The notes beneath the pieces are model-generated. The model did not search any database, was not told the origin of the DNA, and worked only from the letters and a program-made list of their open reading frames with translations. This document shows positions 1-8,161 of a stretch of 64,000 bases of DNA, in pieces (the stretch's first letter is position 1; each line of letters opens with the position of its first letter). The stretch spans positions 1,184,001 through 1,248,000 of the forward strand of contig OZ250153.1 of NCBI GenBank assembly GCA_965237805.1, read 5' to 3'. Both the position numbers and the translations under genes were made by a program. Source of the DNA: Gammaproteobacteria bacterium. GTDB taxonomy: Bacteria > Pseudomonadota > Gammaproteobacteria > JABABF01.

Positions 1-54
1 GATCAGTGCCGTGCGCAGCGGCCTTGCGTGCAACCATTCCAGCAGGGTGTGCAT
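1..54 (-). CDS. N-terminus of a conserved membrane protein that follows rpsR (runs off the window)
   Basis: ATG at 54 on the minus strand reads MHTLLEWLHARPLRTALI. The position downstream of rpsR matches the usual rpsF-rpsR-(membrane protein)-rplI order. Confidence 0.45.
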   Translation of the reverse strand, partial: MHTLLEWLHARPLRTALI

Positions 55-78
55 CTGCTGGTGCCTATGCCAAACCGC

Positions 79-321
79 TCAGAGGCGGTGGTGATCCGTA
101 TAGGGCAGCAGGGCGAGGAAACGCGCCCGCTTGATGGCCACCGCCAGCTGTCGCTGGTAGCGGGCGCGGGTGCCAGTGACCCGGCTCGGCATGATGGAGG
201 CGATTTCGCTGATGAAGTCGCGCAACACGTCTATGTCTTTGTAATCGATTTCCTTGACACCTTCGGCGGTGAAGCGGCATTTGCGCCGGACGCGGAAGCG
301 ACGTTGTGGGGCTTTGCTCAT
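79..321 (-). CDS. rpsR: 30S ribosomal protein S18
   Basis: [15 protein letters not shown]...[30 protein letters not shown] is the S18 signature. Confidence 0.97.
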   Translation of the reverse strand: MSKAPQRRFRVRRKCRFTAEGVKEIDYKDIDVLRDFISEIASIMPSRVTGTRARYQRQLAVAIKRARFLALLPYTDHHRL

Positions 322-980
322 GACTGTGCCTCCTCGGTCACTTCGTCCGCATTTTCAGGCTGGTCATCGGACGGCGCTTCTGCGGGAGCTGCCTGCTCCT
401 CGTCGTTGCCGGTCGCCGCGTCGTCATTTTTCGCCGGGGTGTCGCCTGCCTCGGCCACTTCGTCCGCATTTTCAGGCTGGTCATCGGACGGCGCTTCTGC
501 GGGAGCTGCCTGTTCCTCGTCGTTGCCAGTCGCCGCGTCGTCATTTTTCGCCGGGGTGTCGCCTGTGTCGGCTGCCTCGGCCTCGTCGCTCTGTGCGGCG
601 CGGAGCGCCTGTTGCTGTGCCCAGCGTTGTGCTCGGGTCGCCTCGCGGTCATCGTCGAGGCGTTTTTTGCGCATGAGCACCGATTCCCCCGTCTCCGCCT
701 CATCGCGTCGCAGCACCAGATGGCGCAACACGGCGTCGTTGTAGCGGAAGATGCGCTCCAATTCGTTCAGTGTGTCCCGCCCGGCTTCAATATTCATCAG
801 CACATAGTGAGCCTTGCCAAGTTTGCCGATTTGATACGCCAGCGGGCGGCGTCCCCAGTCTTCGAGGCGGTGCAATATGCCGCCATCTTTGCCAACCAGT
901 TCCTTGTAGCGCTCGATCATGGCGGGCACCTGTTCGCTTTGGTCCGGATGGACCATGAATACGATTTCGTAATGTCTCAA
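318..980 (-). CDS. rpsF: 30S ribosomal protein S6 with long acidic C-terminal extension
   Basis: [18 protein letters not shown]...[12 protein letters not shown]...[10 protein letters not shown] is typical S6. Start placed at TTG 980 (ORF is open to 1016). Confidence 0.95.
   Translation of the reverse strand: MRHYEIVFMVHPDQSEQVPAMIERYKELVGKDGGILHRLEDWGRRPLAYQIGKLGKAHYVLMNIEAGRDTLNELERIFRYNDAVLRHLVLRRDEAETGESVLMRKKRLDDDREATRAQRWAQQQALRAAQSDEAEAADTGDTPAKNDDAATGNDEEQAAPAEAPSDDQPENADEVAEAGDTPAKNDDAATGNDEEQAAPAEAPSDDQPENADEVTEEAQS
339..565. repeat. 117-bp tandem duplication (39 aa) in the rpsF tail
   Basis: CACTTCGTCCGC... occurs at 339 and 456. Protein shows [36 protein letters not shown] twice. 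Confidence 0.95.
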
Positions 981-1117
981 AGTTTGCCCCGTGGATCTTG
1001 CCCCAGTGCTCGGCACTTAGAGCGAGGAATCGATGGCCTCAGAAATTTTTGCCGGATGCGAATTATAGTCGCATCCCAGCGCGGTCGGCAAGCCGGGCGG
1101 TGGTAGCGGTGGCATAT

Positions 1118-2281
1118 TCAGTCTCTGGCGGCACCGCGCTTGAAGGGCAACAGCTCCGCTGCGGCTTCGCGGTATTGGCCGACATGCTCCGCTTCGTGGG
1201 CGACGAAATCTGCCACGGCGCGGTGGAAAGCGGCGTCGGCCATCCAGTGACAGGAGCTGGTTTCCACTGGCAGAAAGCCGCGGGTGATCTTGTGCTCGCC
1301 CTGCACGCCCGGATCGAAGCGCTCCAGTCCCTCCCGCAGGCAATAGTCGATGCCTTGGTAGTAGCAGGTCTCGAAATGCAGATGATTCACTGCTCGTAGC
1401 GTACCCCAATAGCGCCCGTAGAGCGCCTTCCCGCCGCGCAGGCACAAGGCCACTGCGATGGCCTCGCCACTCTGCTTGGCGATGAACATCACCAGTGCTT
1501 CGGGCATCGACTGCGCCAAGCCAGCGAAAAATTCCGGTGACAAATAGCCGCCGTGCCCGCTGTGGCGGGCGTAGGTCTGTTGGTAGCAACGATAGAACAA
1601 CGCCCAGTCTGCGCTGCCGATCTCATGGCCGACGCGCGTCTCATGGTCGACACCCTGCTCGCGCACCAGTCGCCGCTCGCGGCGCAGGGTCTTGCGCCGG
1701 CGCGAGGTGCAGCTGGTCAAGTAGTCGTCGAAGTCACGCCAGCCCTCGTTGCGCCAGTGGAAATTGCAAGCGCTGCGGTGCAACATACCTTGGGCTGACA
1801 GCAGGGCGTGGCTGTCTGCGTCGGGGAACAGCACATGCCAAGAGGATATGCCGCGCCGTTGCGCCAGCTCGCGCACGGCATTGCACAGCGCGGCAGCCAC
1901 CGGGGTGGCCTCCACTGCCGGATCAATGGCCAAGCGCGGGCCGGTCACTGGGGTGTACGGAATCGCACTCAGCAGCTTCGGGTAGTAGCGCCTGCCGCTG
2001 CGCTGCCAAGCGTCAGCCCACAGATGGTCAAATACGAATTCGCCGTATGGATGGCTTTTGAGGTATAGCGGCATCAACCCCAGCAGGGTGCCGTCACGCC
2101 GACACAGTGCGTGGTGGGGTTCCCAGCCGCTGTCGGCGGTGGTCGCGCCACTGTGCTCCATGGCAAGCAGGAACTCGTGCCACAACAGGGGGTAGTCACG
2201 ACCAGCCAGCGCATTCCACTCCGCCGCATCCACCTCGGCTATTGAATGGCAGAAGCTCACTGCCATCGCGGCGGGGCTCAT
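1118..2281 (-). CDS. GNAT-family FemAB-like protein (DUF482 type)
   Basis: PLYLKSHPYGEFVFDHLWADA, YYPKLLSAIPYTPVTGPR, LYGRYWG, LHFETCYYQGI and GEHKITRGF are present. True start is ATG 2281, overlapping the ubiA stop; the upstream part of the 778-aa ORF is a shadow of ubiA. Confidence 0.88.
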   Translation of the reverse strand: MSPAAMAVSFCHSIAEVDAAEWNALAGRDYPLLWHEFLLAMEHSGATTADSGWEPHHALCRRDGTLLGLMPLYLKSHPYGEFVFDHLWADAWQRSGRRYYPKLLSAIPYTPVTGPRLAIDPAVEATPVAAALCNAVRELAQRRGISSWHVLFPDADSHALLSAQGMLHRSACNFHWRNEGWRDFDDYLTSCTSRRRKTLRRERRLVREQGVDHETRVGHEIGSADWALFYRCYQQTYARHSGHGGYLSPEFFAGLAQSMPEALVMFIAKQSGEAIAVALCLRGGKALYGRYWGTLRAVNHLHFETCYYQGIDYCLREGLERFDPGVQGEHKITRGFLPVETSSCHWMADAAFHRAVADFVAHEAEHVGQYREAAAELLPFKRGAARD

Positions 2282-3141
2282 GCCATTGCGGTGGCGAGGC
2301 CAGCAAAGACAGCGGCTCCGACCCAGTTGTTGTTGCGAAAGGCGCGGAAACAGCCCTCCCGTTCGCGCCGTCGCGCGAGCCACTGCTGATAGCCGAACAG
2401 CGCCGCTGCCACCGCGATGGCGGCGACATAGGCGACTCCCAGCCCGGCATCGCTCCCGAGCCGCCACAACAGCGCCAGCGCACCCAGCTGTAGTAGTGCC
2501 GTGCACAGCAGATCGGCGCGCCCGAACCACAGCGCCGTCGAACCGATGCCCAGTATGCGATCGTCCTCGCGGTCCACCATGGCATAGAAAGTGTCGTAGC
2601 TGACCACCCACAGCAACACCGCCGCGTACAGCCCCCAAGCCTGTGGTGGTGGCGGCGCGTTGTGCACAGCGGTGTAGGCCATCGGCACAGCCCAGCCGAA
2701 GGCAAGGCCCAACACCAGCTGCGGGGCCTTGAGCCAGCGTTTGGTGAATGGGTAGAGTGCTGCCAGCGCGGCACCGACCACTGCCAGCGCCATGGTCAGG
2801 GGGTTGGTCAGAGCCACCAAGGCGGCGGCTGCCAGCGCCAGCACCAGCGCCGCCACCAAGGCCTCGTGCGGTTGCAGAGCACCGGTGGGTAGCGGACGGT
2901 GTGCGGTGCGCGCCACCAGGCCGTCGATATTGCGGTCGGCGTAGTCGTTGATGGCGCAGCCAGCGGCGCGCATCAGCCATGCACCGGCGATAAAAATGGC
3001 CAGTAGCTGCCCCGACGGCCGCCCCTCGCTTGCCAGCCACAGCGCCCACAGTGTCGGCCACAGCAGCAATAGGAAGCCGATCGGATTCTCGCCGCGTAGC
3101 AGCTGCCAGTACGCCGTGATGCGGCTGGTTGCGGCGCTCAC
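2278..3141 (-). CDS. ubiA: 4-hydroxybenzoate polyprenyltransferase
   Basis: PIGFLLLLWPTLWALW, AGCAINDYADRNID, YPFTKR and YDTFYAMVDREDD motifs. Confidence 0.95.
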   Translation of the reverse strand: MSAATSRITAYWQLLRGENPIGFLLLLWPTLWALWLASEGRPSGQLLAIFIAGAWLMRAAGCAINDYADRNIDGLVARTAHRPLPTGALQPHEALVAALVLALAAAALVALTNPLTMALAVVGAALAALYPFTKRWLKAPQLVLGLAFGWAVPMAYTAVHNAPPPPQAWGLYAAVLLWVVSYDTFYAMVDREDDRILGIGSTALWFGRADLLCTALLQLGALALLWRLGSDAGLGVAYVAAIAVAAALFGYQQWLARRREREGCFRAFRNNNWVGAAVFAGLATAMA

Positions 3142-3767
3142 ATCGTGTTACTGCTGCGCTCGAGCCAGCGTTGGAAGATCGGCATGAAGACCTCGCTGAG
3201 CAGCATCGATTGGCCGTCGAGCAGAAATAGGGAGCGCCGCCCCCAGACACTTTGGGCGCAAGGCAGACCGCTGGACAGGGGCGGTGCGTCGCCACCGAGC
3301 TGTGCCACTTGGAAAGCGCTACGCGCAATGCGTGGGCGCTGTGAGAGCGCTGTTCCCAAGGGGCGCTCGCCGAGAGCTCCGAACCAACGGAAGGGGCCGC
3401 GCAGGGCGCGCCGCAGGGCAACGGTGCGGGCCAGCATCCACAGCTCGGAACCACACAGCAGCTGCACTTCGCGCACCAATGCGGGCTGCGGCTGACGCAG
3501 CCCCAGCGCCCGGGCCTCGGTGCGGCTCAGCGGCATCCAAGCGCAGCGCGTTACGCGCACCCGCATCGGCAGGCCGCTGGCCTCCTGCATCAGGCGACTG
3601 GTAGAGCGGCGGTCGAACAGCCAGCGGGCGACCTGCGGCGGCAGCTGATGGCGGCGGCGCACGCCGTCGCGCCAGCGTGGCTGGCCGGGAATGGGCTTGG
3701 GCGGTGGCAGGCTGCGTGCCGCAACGCGCGGCGCACGGCGGCGGCTGGAAATGATGCGACGGTACAC
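3138..3767 (-). CDS. ubiC: Chorismate pyruvate-lyase
   Basis: LVREVQL, ARTV, LGERPLG, WGRRSLF and LSEVF motifs; directly upstream of ubiA. Confidence 0.85.
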   Translation of the reverse strand: MYRRIISSRRRAPRVAARSLPPPKPIPGQPRWRDGVRRRHQLPPQVARWLFDRRSTSRLMQEASGLPMRVRVTRCAWMPLSRTEARALGLRQPQPALVREVQLLCGSELWMLARTVALRRALRGPFRWFGALGERPLGTALSQRPRIARSAFQVAQLGGDAPPLSSGLPCAQSVWGRRSLFLLDGQSMLLSEVFMPIFQRWLERSSNTM

Positions 3768-3977
3768 AGCAGAAATTATAGAGGGCGGTGGTGGCAGGGG
3801 CGTGCAGACCTGCGTGGCGAGTGCTGGCTGCGGCTTATAATGGCGCTACTGGTGTCTCGACGCACACAAAGCGTAGCGCCCTGGCGGCGCTTTAGGCAGG
3901 GGCGGGCGGCAACGATGCGCGCTATGTCCGCACGTTGCCACCCCCCACAAGCGATCGTGCCATAGTGGATAGAGCAG

Positions 3978-5156
3978 ATGAGCGATCACGACCCCATTCT
4001 TGTCATCGGTACCGGCCTCGCCGGTTGGAACTTCGCCAAGGAGTTCCGCAAACACGACCAAGAGACGCCGCTGACCCTGCTCAGCGAAGATGACGGACGC
4101 TTCTATTCCAAGCCGATGTTGTCCACCGGCTATACCCGCGAGCAGACCCCGGAGGATTTGGTGATGGCCGAGCCAGCCGAAGTGTCTGAGCAGCTGAAGT
4201 TGCAGGTGTTGGCCCCCGAGCGCGTCCTCAGTATCGACACCGCTGCACGCAGCCTACAGGCCGAGCGGGCTGGCAGCCTGTCGTGGAGCAGCTTGGTGCT
4301 GGCGCAGGGCGGCGAGGTCATCACGCCGCCGCTGGAGATCGAGGAAGCCGCGGTCGGGCGGGTGTTTTCGGTCAACAGCCGGGTCGACTATGTGCGCTTC
4401 CGCGAGGCTTTGGAGAGCAGCGGGGCGCGCAAACTGCTGATCATCGGTGCCGGCCTGATCGGCACCGAATTTACCAACGACCTGATCAACGGCGGCTACG
4501 AGGCCGAGGCGGTGGATCCACTGGGCTGGACCCTGCCCACGCTGTTGCCGGAGCAATGCGGCAAGACCGTGCAGGCGGCGCTGGAGCGGCTCGGTGCGCG
4601 CTTCCATTTCGGCACGGTGGTGGATCGCATCACCGTCGGTGCGGGCGGTGCGGGGGTGGTCGGCCATCTCGCCAATGGCGAACAGGTGGCCGCCGACCTA
4701 GTGGTGTCGGCTGTCGGTGTGCGCCCCCGGGTGGGATTGGCCCGCGAGGCTGGCTTGGAGGTGCATCGGGGCATCGTCGTCGACCGCCAGTTGCGCAGTA
4801 GCGCCGAGTATGTCTACGCCCTCGGCGATTGCGCCGAGGTGGCTGGCCATGTGCTGGTCTATGTGTTGCCGTTGATGGCCTGTGCCCGCTCGCTGGGCAA
4901 GACGCTGGCCGGTGAGCCCACCGATGTCATTTATCCGCCGATGCCGGTGATGATCAAGGTGCCAGCCTGTCCGGTGATTGTCTCGCCGCCGCCGCAGGAC
5001 GTGGATGGGGAATGGAGCATCGAGCAGGACGGCGACGACACGGTCGCCAGGTTCAGCGATGCCGACGGTCAGCTGCGCGGCTTCACCCTGACCGGGGCCG
5101 CCGGTGTCAAGCAGAAGATGCGCCTGCAGAAAGAGCTGCCGCCGATACTGGCCTGA
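3978..5156 (+). CDS. Rubredoxin-NAD(+) reductase-like FAD-dependent oxidoreductase
   Basis: IGTGLAG, FYSKPMLS, IGAGLIG, YALGDCAE and YVLPLM motifs. Adjacent to ubiC as for rubB in Pseudomonas. Confidence 0.85.
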   Translation: MSDHDPILVIGTGLAGWNFAKEFRKHDQETPLTLLSEDDGRFYSKPMLSTGYTREQTPEDLVMAEPAEVSEQLKLQVLAPERVLSIDTAARSLQAERAGSLSWSSLVLAQGGEVITPPLEIEEAAVGRVFSVNSRVDYVRFREALESSGARKLLIIGAGLIGTEFTNDLINGGYEAEAVDPLGWTLPTLLPEQCGKTVQAALERLGARFHFGTVVDRITVGAGGAGVVGHLANGEQVAADLVVSAVGVRPRVGLAREAGLEVHRGIVVDRQLRSSAEYVYALGDCAEVAGHVLVYVLPLMACARSLGKTLAGEPTDVIYPPMPVMIKVPACPVIVSPPPQDVDGEWSIEQDGDDTVARFSDADGQLRGFTLTGAAGVKQKMRLQKELPPILA

Positions 5157-5302
5157 ACTCTGCTGGCTCCAGCCGAGCCGCGCTGAGGATGCCTCCAAGC
5201 GCGGGCGCTATGCTTACAATAAGAGCTAGGCGTTGCGGTTTGCATGGCATGACGCGCTTGCGCTGAGCGCCAGCATCCGGTAGCGATCACGGGAGCTCAG
5301 TC

Positions 5303-6667
5303 ATGGCACCAACACTTTCTCTTTGGCGGCAGCTAGCCGAGCGGCTTGGCTCGATCTTTATGTATCCGGCACCCCTGTGGCGCAGGTGGCAGGCATTGGC
5401 CTTGCACTGGCAGATCCTCATCGCCGTGTGCTTGGCCGTGCTGGCGGGGCTCGGCACAGCGTCGGACTCTTCGTGGTTGGGGGTTTACTCCTTCATCGGC
5501 ACCTTGTTCCTGAACGCATTGAAGATGGTGGTGGTGCCGCTGGTCAGCGCCTCCATCATCTGCGGCGTCTCGCGCCTCGGTGGCCGCGATCTCGGTCGCT
5601 TGGGCGGCAAGACCTTGGTGTTCTACTTGGCGACCGGGCTGCTGGCCGTCACGGTAGGCTTGACGGTGATCAACATCGTGCGCCCCGGCTTCATCGACGG
5701 CGCACCGGCCGGGGCGGTGCTGGGAGCCCATGTTGATTCCGCGCAGATCGAGAGCAGCTTGGAGAAAGTCGCCGGCCGCGGCTTGGGCGACTTGGTCGGT
5801 GTCTTCTTGCGCATGGTGCCGACCAATGTGGTGGGGGCGGCTGCTGGCGGGCAGATGCTGGCGCTGATCTTCTTCAGCCTACTGTTCGGATTCTTCCTGT
5901 CGCGCACCGAGAGTTCGGGTGGCGAGACCATGCGCCGCTTCTGGGAGGGATTGCTCGAGGTGATGATGAGCATCACTTGGTGGGTGATGCGTTTCGCCCC
6001 GCTGGGGGTATTCGGTTTGGTGGCGAAGACCGTCACCATCACCGGCTTCGGGGCGTTTGCCTCATTGCTGTGGTTTTTCCTCGGCGTGCTACTGGCGCTG
6101 GCGCTCCACGCCTTCGTCACCCAGCCGTTGATTTTGCATTGGTTCGGCGGTTTTAGCTGGATGCAGGTGCGGCGACACTACCGCGCCGTGTTTCCGGCGC
6201 TGTTGACGGCGTTTTCCACCGCCTCGTCCTCGGCCACACTGCCGGTGACATTGAATTCCGTGCGCCGTCGCGCCGGGGTTTCCGAGCGCACCTCCAGTTT
6301 CATCGTGCCGCTGGGCTCGACGGTGAACATGGACGGCACCGCGCTCTACGAGTGTGCGGCGGTGCTATTCATCGCGCAGGCCTACGGTGTGGATTTATCG
6401 CTGGGCGGGCAGATCATCATCGTGCTGACAGCCTTGCTGACCTCGATCGGCGTGGCGGGCATCCCCTCGGCCAGCTTGGTCGCCATCACGGTGATCCTCA
6501 CGGTCTTGGGTTTACCGCTGGAGGGCATCGGCCTGCTGTTGGTGACCGACCGGGTATTGGACATGTTGCGCACAGCGGTGAATGTCTTCGGCGACACCTG
6601 TGGGGCGGTGGTCATCGCCCGCCTCGAAGGCGAAGAGGGGGTGTTGGAACGGGAGCCGGAGGATTAG
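5303..6667 (+). CDS. Dicarboxylate/amino acid:cation symporter (DAACS, GltP/GltPh family)
   Basis: FLNALKMVVVPL, AFSTASSSATLP, PLGSTVNMDGTALY and DMLRTAVNVFGD motifs. Confidence 0.93.
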   Translation: MAPTLSLWRQLAERLGSIFMYPAPLWRRWQALALHWQILIAVCLAVLAGLGTASDSSWLGVYSFIGTLFLNALKMVVVPLVSASIICGVSRLGGRDLGRLGGKTLVFYLATGLLAVTVGLTVINIVRPGFIDGAPAGAVLGAHVDSAQIESSLEKVAGRGLGDLVGVFLRMVPTNVVGAAAGGQMLALIFFSLLFGFFLSRTESSGGETMRRFWEGLLEVMMSITWWVMRFAPLGVFGLVAKTVTITGFGAFASLLWFFLGVLLALALHAFVTQPLILHWFGGFSWMQVRRHYRAVFPALLTAFSTASSSATLPVTLNSVRRRAGVSERTSSFIVPLGSTVNMDGTALYECAAVLFIAQAYGVDLSLGGQIIIVLTALLTSIGVAGIPSASLVAITVILTVLGLPLEGIGLLLVTDRVLDMLRTAVNVFGDTCGAVVIARLEGEEGVLEREPED

Positions 6668-6736
6668 GAGGTGGTTGGGGGAGGGGTTTAAGAATCATTT
6701 TTGATAGATGTGTCATCACGCAAAAATGGAATAGAT

Positions 6737-7504
6737 ATGGCATCTGAGTTGACTTGGGATAAAGCCATACGAAAAATGCTTGGCGATTCCCCGCGGCCGC
6801 TTCATTCTACCGAGATTGCGGAGCTGATTCAATTGGCAGGGCTTCGTGCCAACTATGGAGCAACACCCAGCGCCACGGTGGCGGCAAGAATTTATACATC
6901 GATTAAAAATAATAGGGAAAAATCCCCGTATATTCAAGTTTCCAAAGGCATATTTAGCCTGCGGGAGCATAGTGTCAGTCAGCCAGTGCAGGAGGCAAGT
7001 GCTGCGGTTCAAGACGAGGGGGTGCAAATTCCCATGGTGTCTTCTTTCGGCATATATTGGAAACAGGATGGTGTGGATTGGTCCAAGAGCTCACCACAGT
7101 TATTGGGTGTACAAGGACTAGGTGCAAAACCTGTTAATTTCTGTGAACAAGTCGGTATCTATATGCTATATGATGTCAGGGAAGTGATTTATGTTGGTCG
7201 CGCTGAAGATTCTATTGGAAAAAGGTTGTACGCACATACCAGAGACCGTCTCTCTGCCAGATGGGACAGATTTTCTTGGTTTGGCATGAAGCCCGTTTCT
7301 GAAGGAGGTAAGCTTGGGAAAACCCCAACTAAATACGCCGCGAAAAACTGTATCCCGACTCTTGAGGCGCTCCTCATCGAGGCCCTCGAACCTCGGCAAA
7401 ACAGAAAAAGAGGTGATGATTTTTCTGCGTTTGAATATTTGCAGAAACTAGATCCTGTTATTGAAAAGAAGAGAGTCCAGAGATTTATCGCTGACAAACT
7501 TTAG
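6737..7504 (+). CDS. HARE-HTH (winged helix) plus GIY-YIG-like nuclease fusion
   Basis: N-terminal PLHSTEIAE...GATPSATVAARIYTSI resembles HARE-HTH. C-terminal GIYMLY...IYVGRA...KRL..H and LEALLIEALEPRQN match GIY-YIG. AT-richer than the flanks. Confidence 0.72.
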   Translation: MASELTWDKAIRKMLGDSPRPLHSTEIAELIQLAGLRANYGATPSATVAARIYTSIKNNREKSPYIQVSKGIFSLREHSVSQPVQEASAAVQDEGVQIPMVSSFGIYWKQDGVDWSKSSPQLLGVQGLGAKPVNFCEQVGIYMLYDVREVIYVGRAEDSIGKRLYAHTRDRLSARWDRFSWFGMKPVSEGGKLGKTPTKYAAKNCIPTLEALLIEALEPRQNRKRGDDFSAFEYLQKLDPVIEKKRVQRFIADKL

Positions 7505-7611
7505 TGCATGAGAAATCTGAGCGAGCCGGGTAATCTCCTGGGCTTTATCTTGGGCGTTGATCGGGCTGTACTCAATATCCTTTTCGACTTATGGGGTTCG
7601 CTCCAGAGAGC

Positions 7612-7881
7612 TTATCCCTTAAAGAGCTCGGAATGTGAGCCAGTGCGCGCCAAGTGTAGCTTGTCTTTTTCAATACGATAAATCACGAGCCAGTCTGGCG
7701 CGAGATGCCCCCGGTAATTCGCCCAATTTCCCTGTAGCCGGTGGTCGCGATAGCGTGCGGGCAACGGCCTTTTCTGCTGAATCAACAACTCCAGAAACAC
7801 TCTGAGCTGATTTGGACCATGGTTGCGTGAGTGGGCTTTTTTCACGTCGCGCTTAAACTGCGCGGATCGTGCGATCTGCAT
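7612..7881 (-). CDS. yafQ: YafQ-family mRNA interferase toxin
   Basis: QFKRDVKK, YRDHRLQGNW, HLAPDWLVIY and LARTGSHSELF motifs. Confidence 0.9.
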   Translation of the reverse strand: MQIARSAQFKRDVKKAHSRNHGPNQLRVFLELLIQQKRPLPARYRDHRLQGNWANYRGHLAPDWLVIYRIEKDKLHLARTGSHSELFKG

Positions 7882-7885
7882 GATC

Positions 7886-8095
7886 TCAGATGCCTAGGTC
7901 GCGGAACATCTCCTCGGCGTTATCGAACTGCTCAGCTTTTCCCGCATCCAGCTCTTTCATGGCTTTAATCGTGGTGGGGTTGGGTGTTGGTGCGGTGTCT
8001 GGCAACCACTTTGCGCCCGCTACCGTAGCCCGCAGTTTTTGCGCTTTGGCTTTGCTCTCAACCTGCTGATGCACCCCTGCCTCTGTACTCATCAC
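7886..8095 (-). CDS. DinJ/RelB-like antitoxin, apparently lacking the N-terminal RHH domain
   Basis: C-terminal PNPTTIKAMKELDAGK..F.NAEEMFRDLGI is typical of DinJ/RelB; lies 4 bp upstream of yafQ. Confidence 0.7.
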   Translation of the reverse strand: MMSTEAGVHQQVESKAKAQKLRATVAGAKWLPDTAPTPNPTTIKAMKELDAGKAEQFDNAEEMFRDLGI

Positions 8096-8161
8096 ATCTG
8101 CTCCTGTATCTGGGAGCTAAATATAGTTGTCAACACCTACCATGTCAAATAAAAGCCCCCC

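Noticed and set aside
2282-3454. 778-aa ORF as a fusion protein
   Set aside because: The N-terminal half is an alternative frame over ubiA/ubiC. Only 1118-2281 is a credible gene.
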